A stretch of 64,000 nt of DNA, taken from the NCBI RefSeq assembly GCF_964213995.1, contig NC_135830.1:4588001-4652000 (forward strand), in the 5' to 3' direction. Positions 13,979 through 26,190 of this stretch are shown here, in pieces. Position numbers and translations under genes: made by a program. The notes under the pieces were generated by a model. The model searched no databases, was not told where the DNA came from, and was given only the letters and a program-made list of their open reading frames with translations. Position 1 is the stretch's first letter; each line of letters starts with the position of its first letter. Source of the stretch: Mustelus asterias (Eukaryota).

Positions 13979-16900
13979 TGCCATTAAACAAATTAGGACC
14001 AGAGCACAGAGACAATATTCAGTCAATCGATCATGTTCAGTTACTCAATTGCACTATGGTTTACCTCTATTTTAACTCAAGTGTTCGCAAATGTATTATT
14101 AATTTTGCTTTGCTAGCATGTGGTAATCTATTATTTCAAATGTTTAGTTAATTGAGTGATCTCATTTTGCTTGTGAAATCGTTGCCATTAGACAACCTTT
14201 TGTCCAGAGAATATGACACTGGCCTGGCCCTGCTCTGAGGTCAGTGTTAGATTTTCCTCAAACTCTATGAACCAGTTTCTCTCTTTCTATCATATCAAAC
14301 TATTTTATCATACATACATAGTACACAGGCAAACATACGAATTGGGAACAGGTGTAGGCCACTTGTCCCCTTGAGACGGCTGCCCAATTCAATAAGGTCC
14401 TGGTGAATCAAATTGTAACATCAACAACACATTCTTGCCTACCCCGATAACCAATCTACAATTTGGTAATCAGCAACCTATCTAGCTCTGTCTTGAAAAT
14501 ATTCAAAGTATCTGTACCCCTGAGGAAAATAATTCGGAAACTCACGACGCTCTCAGAGGAAACAACAAATCTTTTCATATCTGCCTTCAATTTGTGGCCA
14601 CTTCATTTAAATCAGTGACCGCAAGTCCTAGATTCTCTGACAAGAGGAGACATCCTCTCCACATTAAAGTTGTCAATGATTCTCAGGATGCTAAAGGTTT
14701 CAATAAAGTCGCCTCATTCTCCTGAACACTAATGGATACAAAGATAACTTATCCGGCCCTTCTTCAAATGCAGTCCATTCTTTGTAGTTGTCTACTAAAG
14801 ATTTTTTTCTTAATGCATTGACACCTTCCCTTAATTAAGGTGACTAATACTGTAAACCTTAGGTACCATTTGAACTTAAAATCTAATTGTGTTCTTTTGA
14901 GAAATGAACCATAAGGTTGAAACCATAATCAGGCAGTAGATGAGGCTAGCCCGTGGCCCTTGACGTATGCTGACGTCTGCGATCGTGGTTTGCCTCAGCT
15001 TGGATTAAAAACCAGGGAAGCCAATACGTTTAATCCTATGCTTTACCGGATGCAATTTTTCAAAGCCATTTCGGCCGTTTGGCTAAGATGAAGCGATAGC
15101 TCAAGCCCGGGAGGCAGATGCATCGTGTCAGCTTGGATTTTGATTGATCGAACCCAAGATGGGATGCAATTTCTTGTCTTGTGAGCTTGGATCTTGTTTG
15201 TCCGTCATGGGTGATGGCGGGGCAATGATTGGATTTAATTTTGAATTGGCTTTTTTGATTATAATTAAAGTGCCGATTATAATTAAACTGGTGGATCAAA
15301 TTATGTAATGGGATTGTGATTGGTTTTAAGGAACGAACTTTCTGAAGGTAAGTATTAACCTGGTGTGCTATTGCTTATTTTTGAGAATGAAGTGAGCAAC
15401 CAAATTCATTAATGATGCATTTTTCAGAAGCAGTAAATTTCACGAGTTCACTTTGATGTATCACTCTTCCTTCCACTAAGTTGGATGATCACCCGCATCT
15501 CGTCCCAGACAAGGGTCTCTTGGACTCTCTAGAACAACCTCCAACCACAAGTGTTCTTACAGTTTCTGGTTAAGGAGTCCGTCCTTGGTGTCTCCAGCAC
15601 TTATTCTTTCCTGCAGTCTCGTTCACGGGTTTAAACATTCAACCGTTCCTATGCATTATTCTTTGAAATTCCAGATTTTTCCGTCATTCCACATCTATCC
15701 CCTCATATTTACTCAATCACCCGTTTTGAAAATCCGTTTAAAATCCAGAAGTTTACTTACTCCAATCTATATTCTGGCTCCATTGGGGCTGATCTTTGTT
15801 GATTCTGAATGTCTTTTGAGGCGACTTTCTACTTAAGTCAGGATTTTCATTTATTGCTGAATGATCTCAATTTATTTGGGACTTGAGATTTTTTACATAA
15901 TGATCGTATGCCTTGCGTCAAGAGTTTGGATCATATCCATGACGACGAGAAAGGATATATGGAGTAGTGCATTTCAGATTTGATTGTTTCGAATAAGCAG
16001 TTAAATCAATGTGTCAGTCAACATAAATGTATATGGGGATGCGAGCTGGAGTAGTCTATACGCCCTTTGAGCCCGCTATGCCAGTCAATAAGTCCATAAC
16101 TCGTCCTCAACCTTAACTCGCACTTAATGCTTTAATTCCCTTCAAACACAGAAACATGCCGACATTTACCTTAAACCTACTCAACGACTGAGAATGTGAC
16201 ACAGATCTCTGGGTACTGAGTCCCAAAGATTCACACCCATGTGCTCAAGGAAATATTTCCGCTTCACTTTCCAAAACGACCAACACCTATTGTGAGAAGT
16301 TGATCTCGTGCTCAGGGACCTGAAACATTTTCTCATCGTACAACCTGGCAAGAACGTAAATGGTTTTTTGTCTTTCAAACAATCACCTCCGGGAACCTGC
16401 CTGCAGGTGCTTCGTGGCTGCAATCAAAGGAAGATCTACCATTTATTCCATCAAGAGGACAAAATGGCAGCCCATATTGGAAACGTGATCTCACGAATGC
16501 TTTCTATAATTGTAGTCATACACATTTACTTTTACGTCTCATCCATTTGTCGACAAAGCCAACCTTCCTAATTATTTGCTGTATCTGTGCTTTAAAATTT
16601 TGTAATTTGTATACAAGGACATCATTTTTCCCTTAATGTATACAATTTCAATTCTCGCACAAGCCCCAAATATTTTATTCTGTTGATCTCCACCAAAGTG
16701 AATAACTTAGCACTTCAAACTTTGCCTTCTATATGCGATGTTCCTGAACTGTTGCAAAACTATTACTCTTTGCGGCTCCGGGGTACCCATTCCCGTCTCA
16801 CATTTTATCGTCAGCCAACTTAACGGTATTGCGCTCAAGCTCCTTATTAAATTCACTGACAAGGATTCTACATAAGTTAGGCTTTTGTTCTGTTTATTGT

Positions 16901-17754
16901 GTTGCATCATTCGTTCCAGCCTACTCTCCATTTTCGACGCATTAGTCAATTCTCATTTCAGCTTAATATATTACAAACGTTACTATACATGCAAATTTAG
17001 TGCACTAATTCCGTGGCAGTAAAAATAAAGTCAAATATATGTCAATTAGTTCGGTCTGACCGATTTTACTACTTAGGTTTTCAAAATTCTTAACAGCATT
17101 ACCGGGAATGGTTTCTTTTCATTTTCGTATTCAATCTGCTTAATCAGACTATGTATTTTAAAGTGCCCTATTACCAAGACCCTAACGATAAACTGTAGAA
17201 TTTTACCGACTATCCTCATTGATTAGTCTAACCAGCCCACTGTTCATTATTTTCTCCCTTCACTTTTACTTGATAATAAATAACTTGCTGCCATCTAATG
17301 ATTGGAATAAAAATTAATCGCTGAATTGAAGAAGGCTTTGCAGGCCTGAAGCTCAGGTCAATATCATGTTTACGACTATACTTGGATTGCTTAATTGATT
17401 CGATATTGATTGTGGTTCGTGGCTCTGTCAAAGAGATGTTGAGCTTCTAACATTGAAGCGGTTCTAATCTTTTGAGAAACATTTCTGTGGCGAGGATGGG
17501 GTTGGAGATGGAGGTCGCGAGGGCGCTGGTTACAACCAGACAAAGTCTTATAATCGTCTTTTGATTGGTGAAGTGTTTATATTTTTATTTGCTTTCAGCA
17601 TTATTTCTTCCGTTGCTTTGCCTTCTACGTGTACTTACTTGTAATTGTGTTATAATTTCATGCACCTGTCATTCATCTATTTTATTCATCATTATACCAT
17701 CGACATATAAAAACGGAATCGTCAGCAATTATTAATTATTTTCTGCTTCTCAGT

Positions 17755-18426
17755 TTGCAGGTGCAGCAGGTAATCAAGATGGCAAATGGAATGTTGGCCT
17801 TTATCGCGAGAGGGATGGAGTATAAAAGCAGGGGGGTCATGTATAGGGTACTGGTGAGGCCGTATCTAGAGTACTGTGTACAATTTTGGTCCCCTGATTT
17901 AAGAAAGGATATATTAGCTTTGGAGGGGGTACAGGGAAGGTTCACCAGGTTGATTCCGGAGATGAGGGGGTTAGCTTATGAGGAGAGATTGAGGAGACTG
18001 GGCCAGTACTCATTGGAGTTTAGAAGGTTGAGGGGAGAACCTATAGAGACATATAAGATAATGAAGGGGCTAGACAGGGTAGAAACAGCGAGGTTATTTC
18101 CACTTACAATAGAAACAAGAACGAGGGAGCATAGCCTCAAATACGGGGGAGTCAATTTAGATCAGAGTTGATGAGGAACTTCTTCTCCCAGAGGGTAGTG
18201 AATCTTTGGAATTCTCTGCCCAATGAAGCAGTAGAGGCTACCTCTTTAAATGTGTTTAAGTCACAGTTTGATAGATTTTTAACCACTAAGGGAATTAAGG
18301 GTTATGGGGAGGGGGCAGGTAAGTGGAACTGAACCCACTATCTGATCAGCCATGATCTTATTGAATGGTGGAGCAGGCTTGAGGGGCTAGATGGCTTACT
18401 CCTACTCACATTTCTTATGTTATGTT
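17755..18426 (+). mobile_element. CR1 3' fragment
   Basis: [18 protein letters not shown]-terminus and ttcttatgttatgtt tail. Confidence 0.9.
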
Positions 18427-18620
18427 TCCCCTTGATTGAATATTGTGCGTCGATTATATGTGAACCTGTGCCCACCTCACCTTCCCCTTGGTTGGTTGTA
18501 ACAGTTCTTCTCACTTCAAGTACCGGAGCTATTACATTTATCGAATTCTTACCGATATGTTTACTGCTCTTAGTGTGTATTATTTAACCATTCACCGTCT
18601 TCTCCCCCTCTCCCCTACAG

Positions 18621-19526
18621 TTAACATCGTGACCATTGTGATCCTGTCCCGAGGAAGATGTGATCTCTCCAGATGTATTACTCGGTACCTAGTATTTATG
18701 GCAGTGACAGATCTCTGGGTCATTATTACCGCTGTAATATTAAACCGAATTCCTGGTATTTATTTTCCAGGTAATTTTTTTGTCCATCACTCCAGTGTGT
18801 AGTGTCAATATTGCACTGAGGTATGCAGCCAGGGTCTGCTCTGTCTGGTTAACAGTCGCTTTCACGTTTGATAGATTTGTTGCCATCTTTTGCCAGAAGC
18901 TGAAAGCAGAATATTGCACCAATAAAACAGCAGCTATTGTCATAGGATTGATCTGTGCATTGGGTTTTTTAACCACTATTCCTTGGTACTTTATACACGA
19001 ACCTTTCTACATAGTTGACAATGTACCCTGGTATTGCAGACTTAATTATATCCGTTTTACTTCTCCTGTCTGCACAGCATTTGATTGGTTCGATCATCTT
19101 TTAACCCCACGTCTCCCATTCCTTCTGATTGTTTTGCTTAATGCACTGACTGTGAGAAACATTCTTATGGCTAATAAAGCACGCAGGAGACTCCTGGCCG
19201 AAAACAATGGAGAGAATCATAATGACCCAGAAATGGAATGCCGCAGGAAATCCATTGTCTTACTGTTCGCTATTTCTGGTAGTTTCATCCTCCTCTGGAT
19301 GACGTATGTTGTACAGTTCTTGTATGAGCGATTTACGAATGATTATAAAGTCAATGGCTTCAGTGACCCCAAATTTATCCTCATTGAGTCTTCAAATATG
19401 CTCCAGCTTTTGAGTTGCTGCACAAACACATTCATTTATGCTTTAACTCAAAGTAAATTCAAGGATCAGTTAAAGGCTTTGCTCCAAGACTCCCTGAATG
19501 TAATATGCCACCTGGTTAAATTATGA
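18621..19526 (+). pseudogene. GPR139/142-like GPCR-2, exon 2; frameshifted (pseudogene or sequencing error)
   Basis: Acceptor cccctacag|TT. ORFs 18488-18802 and 18780-19526 join across a T7 run (18775-18781) where T6 would restore the frame. Closest paralog of GPCR-1. No exon 1 found. Confidence 0.85.
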
Positions 19527-20199
19527 CAGGAATAAATTAAATGCATAACTCTGTCCTATATGAATATCACTGCTATCGTCTACATTTAGTAAGCAATGTA
19601 ATTTACAAGATTTCATGTTGATTAACGTGAACAGGAACCATTTTTCTGCTTTGAGTCCTGCACAGACAGAACCGCAGTGGACATAATTGTAAACGTGATC
19701 CCACAATACGAGAATGAGCCACATATATCTGTGAGACTGATCTGGCGAATTTCTGTGGCCAGTCATTCAAATGTCATGAGTTATTTACAGTTGACCTTCC
19801 TTAATCAGTGACAGAAGCAATCCAATGAAATAAGAGGTTACCTTGCATTGGGGAGAAAGAACATCTAAATTTACTGACACGTGATCTACCTGGAGCATAG
19901 AGACAACTAGTCTAATTCACTGATTGTTTACCGTATTCCATCAGAGACAGAAATATCTCAATTTATTGGCAGCTGACCATTTTGTACCAGCACAGGAAAA
20001 AAAAGTCCCTATTAGCTGAACCTTATTTCCTTATTCCAAACAAAAAGTACATCAGATGGGCCTTTTTGCCGCCAATCAACGGCCTGATCAATATTAGTAC
20101 GGCTAACTGTTACTCTAGATTTTGTTCATTCAATTTAAACCGGACTAACTAGCGTGTGGTCTTTGAACCCAGGTCTACATTGTAATCATACAGTAAGTA

Positions 20200-20945
20200 G
20201 CATAATGAAGAAGAGGTCATTAGGCCCAGTGGGTCTGCACAGCAAAGTAGACTAAATCTTCATGAGCACCACTTTTGAGCACTTGGTCTAGTGCCTTTAT
20301 TGTTATGATATCCCATGTGCTCATCCACATCAATTTTAACGGTTTGGACGTTTTTTGCTTCTATGACATTCCCAGGCAATGATTCTCAGCAGTGTTTGGG
20401 TGAAATATTTTTCCTCAAACCCATCTGAGCCTCCTACCCCTCGCCTTAAAAATCCGCCTGTCCTTATTGACCCTTCAACTAAGCAGAATAGTTGTTTCCT
20501 CTCCACTCTGTCCATTCTCCTCATAATCTTTTAGACGTTAATCTGATCTCTCATCAGCCTACTCTGCCTAAAGAGAACAACCCGAGCCTATCAAACCACG
20601 ATTCACAGCTCAGATACTCAATTCCTGGCCCATCCCGTTGAAACTCGTGGCAGCCTCTCCCGTGCAAGCATGTCCTTCCTATATTCAGACGACCAGAACT
20701 TCACAAATCACTGCATTCGTCGCCTAACTGAGGTTCTGCACTGCTGTAAAATAACCTCCATGCTCTCATAACTTATCCCACGACTGCTGAAGACAGGACT
20801 CCCGTATCCCTTTTAAACTATCCTCATAAGCTGTCCTGCTGCTTTCAGGGATCTGTGGACCAACACTCGTAGAACCCTCTATTCGTCTTAGATTCCGAGT
20901 GCCCTGTGATTAATTGAGTACCATCTTGTATTGTTCCTTCCAAGG
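20200..20945 (-). mobile_element. Old CR1 3' fragment
   Basis: MRRMDRVERKQLF... and degenerate RT C-terminal sequence. Confidence 0.65.
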
Positions 20946-22270
20946 TGTAGTTTGCGCCTCTCAACTGCTCCTCTAGTGACATTACCACCGCACCCTACCT
21001 CCTTCTCATCACTCTTGCCTTCAGCCTGTCCCATCACTCCTCACTTCGATTTTCATGTGCATTAAATCTGATTCGTGTTAAAACATTCCCTATCTGAATT
21101 CAGCTTTTGTTCTCAAATGTACTAAGGATATAAGATGTACTGTACAGCCAGACATGCGACACCCTATCAGATGTTGGGACAAGGTTACTGAGAATAATTC
21201 GATATTCTTGACATTAGTTTTATATCAAAACATTAAACTGGGGTTCCTGTTGAAGGGAGATTTGAAGCATAGGTTTAGAGGGAACAATATCCTTGGTTTA
21301 GGTGCCTGTATAACAATGTATATTCAAAGCTAACCGTATAGCAATTTATATTAGTAGGAATTTACTGTTCGACGATCAGAAAAGGGCATGCATGAAATCT
21401 GCACCATGTTAACAGGTACTCAGGATAGTAATACGACACAAGATGGCAAGATGGATGCTAGCTTTTAGCCACACTCCTGAACACCATTAGCTGGCTTGAG
21501 CATAAGCTTGTGTACAATACACTACAGATACTGGTGACTGGTACCAGTCTATGATCTGAGGCCTCGGATGAGAACCAGATGCAGAGGATTAGGGAGGACA
21601 GTCATGGGAGATGAGAAGCTATGAAGCCATGAAGTTATTATTGATTGTTGGGAAACGATTCTGCCGAACTGTATTTTATCGGAAAGGAAATCTACCATCT
21701 TTGTTTCGCCTGTCCTAAATGCCACTCCACGAGTGGTTGCTTCTTAACTCTGCTTTGAAATCGAATTGATTTCAATTCGAAATTGAAATTGAAACTCTGC
21801 CGAGCAATCCTCCAGGTTCAAGGCAAATGCAACAATTGCTAATTTTGTCACCGTTGCCCCTGTCTCATGAAATGGCACTGGAGAAGCAGTATTGTACACT
21901 CAAGGACTCCAGATGGGAGAAAGAAAGATAATATTGACTGAGGTACCATGAGTCGTGTCCATGAGTCGAGCTGATGCACAAGCCCACCTTACGTATTGCC
22001 CTTTTCATTCGATATGTGACTGCTATATGTAATCTGTAATCAATGTTATTGGACGAGGTACAGCCATGATAGGCTGTGTAGATGTTTGAAAAATGTATAA
22101 GAATGGATGTTTTTCCTTTGTTCGTCAGAGAGAGGCACTGGGTTAAACAGAAGCCATCTCCCCGCCGGCGAAAATAAATCGTTTGATGCGAGGACCAACC
22201 CTGAGCGTTGAGTGATTTCTTTGAGAGTCTCTCCCGCTAACAGGCCAAATGGTATATTCTATTTCGGCAG

Positions 22271-22378
22271 ATTCTGTAGAATGTAAAACTCGGAGAAAAC
22301 TCTGCCCAGAGAACCAGGGAGAGAATGTTAATGTGCAGAAAGATTTGAAATTGTCAGAGCCGGAAGAGGCAGTTCCCA
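22271..22378 (+). other. Unidentified 108-nt phase 1-1 exon-like segment (xSVECKTRRKLCPENQGENVNVQKDLKLSEPEEAVP)
   Basis: tatattctatttcggcag acceptor, CCA|gtgagt donor, open frame, length divisible by 3. A paralog with the same splice sites lies at 26837-26947 on the minus strand. Confidence 0.5.
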
Positions 22379-23442
22379 GTGAGTAACAGTAAAACCACTG
22401 CGACAAATGAAGAGACTGAACTCAATCGACAACAGAGAGATATGTTCCCATGATTACAAGACACCCAAACAACACAAAGTGAATGTAGAAATAAAATGAA
22501 ACTGACTATAAATATTTGTATTGCAATCGAAAGCGAGACACAATATTTTGCATCGGTAGAAGATAAACAAGTGGATGAAAAGGGAAGCATAGACTCCCAG
22601 GAAGTGTTAAACCGACATAAATTAATGACATTTGACATCGATGAGCAGCATCGTTCGGCCCCTTTGGAGCTGATGAATCATATTAATACTCTGTTGGATC
22701 TTGCTCTGCTCGGTGATGGAACACCGCTGGGTTACGCTCGGACAATAATTTCTGGAAACGGATTGCCTCACTGATAATCAACTTTCCCTCGTTTTTGTCT
22801 GTCAGTAAGGAAAATATAAACTGAAATGTCGAATACATCATAGGATCAGACAGCGCGGTGGAATGACATTCGGCCCTTCTGGTGGATGTTGCCCCTTTAT
22901 AAATGAAATCCAACACTTCCTAATGCCCATGATGTTTTCTCCATAACCCCGTTTACCTTTCCTGTGCCAGTACTTGATCATAAGCAGTTCGTAATTCACT
23001 GTTGAGTCTGCTCCCACCACTCATTCTAATCGTGCAATCCAGATCAGAAATACTTGCTGTGTAAGATGAAGTATCACGTCAGTCCTCACTGGTTTGTGTT
23101 GTAATAACAGTGAATATAGTTCCATCAGATTTAATATAATGGCAATACCGCAAAAGAATAGATTTGTTCCCGTGCTTTCCACATTGCACGGGTAGAAAAG
23201 TGGATAATCACTCCATTTTTTTTGATCCTCCAGTTTCCAGTTCCCTGGTGTCCAAGAACCCGCCCCTTCAAACCTCTGCTGCCGTTGACACGGTTGCTCT
23301 AAGATGTGAATATTCAGGAACTTGTCAGTACATAACACACTGGCACAGTCAATCCCTAGGACAGACACCGAAATGCCTGCTTCAGCCACACACTTCAGGA
23401 ATGGCAAGTAAAGGAAACGCTGCCGGGGGGATAATTTCTGCT

Positions 23443-25432
23443 GAGAGTCATAGGGTCATAGAGGTTTACAGCATGGAAACAGGCATTCAGCATGCTTGGT
23501 TTCATTGGTCAGAACATTGAATACAGGATTGGGACATCTTGTTGAAGTTGTACAAGACATGGGTAAGGCCACACTTGGAATAATGTATACAGTTCTGGTC
23601 ACCCTATTATAGAATGGATATTATTAAACCAGAAAGAATGCAGAAAAGATTTACTAAGATGCTACCGGGACTTGATGGTTTGAGTTATAAGGAGAGGATG
23701 GATAGACTGGGACTTTTTTCTCTGGAGCGTAGAAGGCTGAGGGGTGATCATATAGAGGTCTATAAAATAATGAGGGGCACAGATCAGCTAGATAGTCAAT
23801 ACATTTTCCCAAAGGTAGGGAAGTCTAAAACTGGAGGGCATAAGTTTAAGGTGAGAGGGGAGACATTCAAAAGTGTCCAAAGGGGCATTTTTTTCACACA
23901 GAGGGTGGGGAATGCCGAACTTGTCCATGCCACCCTTTTTTTAAAACCCCGAAGCTAATCACAATTGCCCTGTTTGGTCCATATCCCTCTATACCGATCT
24001 TACCCATGTAACTGTCCAAATGCTTTTTAAAAGACAAAATTGTACCCGTCTCTACTACTACCTCTGGCAGCTTGTTCCAGACCTCTGTGTGAAAACATTG
24101 CCCCTCTGGACACTTTTGCATCTCTCACCTTCAACCTATGCCCTCTAGGTTTAGACTCTCCTACCTTTGGGAAAATATATGGACTATCTAGCTGATCTGT
24201 GCCCCAATTAGGTCGAATCGGATGAAAGAATATAATATTAAGGTTAAGACGCTTGGCAGTGTGGAAGAGCAGAAGGATCTTGGGGTCCGGGTTCATAGGA
24301 CGCTCAAAGCAGTGTCGCAGGTAGAGGTTGTGGTTAAGAACACGTATGGAATACTGGCCGTCATCAATAGAGGAATTGAGTTTAGAAATCGGGAGATAAT
24401 GCTGCAGCTGTATAGGGCCCTGGTCAGACCCCACCTGGAGTACTGTGCCCAGTTCTGGCCGCCTCATTACAGAAAGGATGTGGAAGCCACAGAAAGGGTG
24501 CAGAGGAGAATTACAAGGATGTTGCCTGGATTAGGTGGCATGCCTTATGAGGATAGGTTGAGAGAGCTGGATCTTTTCTCCTTGGAGAGGCGAAGGATGA
24601 GAGTTGACCTGATAGAGGTGTATAAGATACTGAGAGGTATTGATGGAGTGGATTCTCAGAGGCTTTTACCGAGGGCTGAAATGGTTGCCACAAGAAGTAA
24701 CAGGTTTAGGGTGCTGGGGAGTAGGTACAGAAGAGATGTTCGGGGTAAGTTTTTCACTCAGAGGGTGATGGGTGCGTGGAATCGGCTGCCGGTAGTGGTG
24801 GAGGAGGCGGATTCGATAGGGTCTTTTAAGAGACTTTTGGATAAGTTCATGGAAGTTAGTAAGATAGAGGGTTATAGGTAAACCTGGTAGGTAGGGACAT
24901 GTTCGGCGCAACTCGTGGGCCGAAGGGCCTGTTTGTGCTGTAGCTTTTCTATGTTCCATGTTCTATTATTTTATAGACCTCTCTAAGATCACTCCTCAGC
25001 CTTCTACGCTCCAGAGAAAGAAATTCCAGTCTATCCAGCCTCTCCTTATAACTCAAGCCATCAAGTCCCAGTCGCATCCTAATAAATCTTTTCTGCACTC
25101 TTTCTAGTTTAATAATATTCTTTCTATAACAGGGTGACCAGAACTGTACTCAAAATTCCAAGTTTGGCCTCACCAATGTCTTGTAGAACTTCAACAAGAC
25201 GTCCCAACTCCTGCATTCAACGTTCTGACCAATGAAACCAACATGCTGAATGACTTCTTCACCATTCTGTCCAGCTGTGACTCCACTTTCAAGGAGCTAT
25301 GAACATGTACCCCTAGATCTCTTTGTTCTGTAACTCTCCCCAACGCCCTCCCACTAACTGAGTAAGTCCTGCCCTGGTTCAATCTACCGAAATGCATCGC
25401 ATCTATCTCAGTTAAACTCCATTCGTCAGCCC
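23443..25432 (-). mobile_element. Nested CR1 stack inside the V segment: outer minus copy plus inner plus-strand copies at about 23485-23910 and 24207-24965
   Basis: RT C-terminal ORFs 23614-23958(+), 24222-24881(+), 23894-24121(-) and 25191-25397(-). The outer element resumes after each inner insertion. Confidence 0.85.
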
Positions 25433-25492
25433 AGAATTTCTACCGATTCTGCCGAGAAGATCAGTCGGTTAGAAATCTCGTAATTGCAACTG

Positions 25493-26046
25493 TACAGGAC
25501 CTTGGTGAGACCACATTTGGAATATTGTGTGCAGTTCTGGTCAACTCATTATAAGAAGGATGTGGAAACGCTGGAAAGAGTGCAGAGGCGATTTACCAGG
25601 ATGTTGCCTGGTTTGGAGGGTAGGTCTTATGAGGAAAGGTTGAGGGAGCTAGGGCTGTTCTCGCTGGAGCGGAGGAGGCTGAGGGGAGACTTAATGAGGT
25701 TTCTAAAATGATGAAGGGGATAGATAGAGTGAATGTTCAAAGACTATTTCCTCGGGTGGATGGAGCTATTACAAGGGGGCATAACTATAGGGTTCGTGGT
25801 GGGAGATATAGGAAGGATATCAGAGGTAGGTTCTTTACGCAGAGAGTGGTTGGGGTGTGGAATGGACTGCCTGCAGCGATAGTGGAGTCAGACACTTCAG
25901 GAACATTTAAGCGGTTATTGGATAGGCACATGGAGCACACCAGGATGATAGGGAGTGGGATAGCTTGATCTTAGTTTCAGATAAAGCTCGGCACAACATC
26001 GTGGGCCGAAGGGCCTGTTCTGTGCTGTACTGTTCTATGTTCTATG
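25493..26046 (+). mobile_element. Young CR1 3' fragment inserted in V framework 3
   Basis: Near-identical to the 3' end of the 40473-44852 copy. tgcaactg microhomology at the 5' junction and ttctatg tail. Confidence 0.95.
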
Positions 26047-26089
26047 AACGACTCTGCTAAGTATTACTGTGCACTGAGTCGGTACACAG

Positions 26090-26129
26090 CACAGTGACAC
26101 AGTAACACGGAGAGATCCGTACAAAAACC
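26090..26129 (+). promoter_or_regulatory. Recombination signal sequence 1 (CACAGTG, 24-nt spacer, ACAAAAACC)
   Basis: Perfect heptamer and nonamer directly after YYCALSRYT. The spacer is one base longer than the canonical 23. Confidence 0.85.
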
Positions 26130-26151
26130 TGAACATAGTGAGGATTACAGA

Positions 26152-26190
26152 CACAGTGATGCAGAACACGGAGAGAGCTGCACATAAACC
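26152..26190 (+). promoter_or_regulatory. Recombination signal sequence 2 (CACAGTG, 23-nt spacer, ACATAAACC)
   Basis: Second unit of a 61-62 bp tandem duplication. Perfect heptamer, 8/9 nonamer. Confidence 0.75.

Larger units (their letters stand above)
23234..26089 (+). pseudogene. TRDV: TCR V-delta segment (NAR-TCR supporting-V type), split by LINE insertions into 23234-23442, 25439-25492 and 26047-26089
   Basis: Acceptor cctccag|TT. Pieces read SSSLVSKNPPLQTSAAVDTVALRCEYSGTCQYITHWHSQSLGQTPKCLLQ...GGIISA / STDSAEKISRLEIS*LQL / NDSAKYYCALSRYT. Canonical Cys, Trp and YYC, an extra CDR1 Cys, in-frame TAA at 25481, and an RSS directly after. Confidence 0.85.

Noticed and set aside
15300-15353. 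Strong donor AAG|gtaagt as a possible GPCR-2 exon 1
   Set aside because: The phase-1 frame has a TGA at 15317 with no ATG after it, and there is no TM1-like sequence.
22705-22740. LGDGTPL peptide resembling a J segment upstream of the V
   Set aside because: No upstream RSS and no convincing splice donor.
23139-23197. ATG..MAIPQKNRFVPVLSTLH as a V leader
   Set aside because: Not hydrophobic enough, the implied intron is only about 42 nt, and the ATG is out of frame with the V if unspliced.
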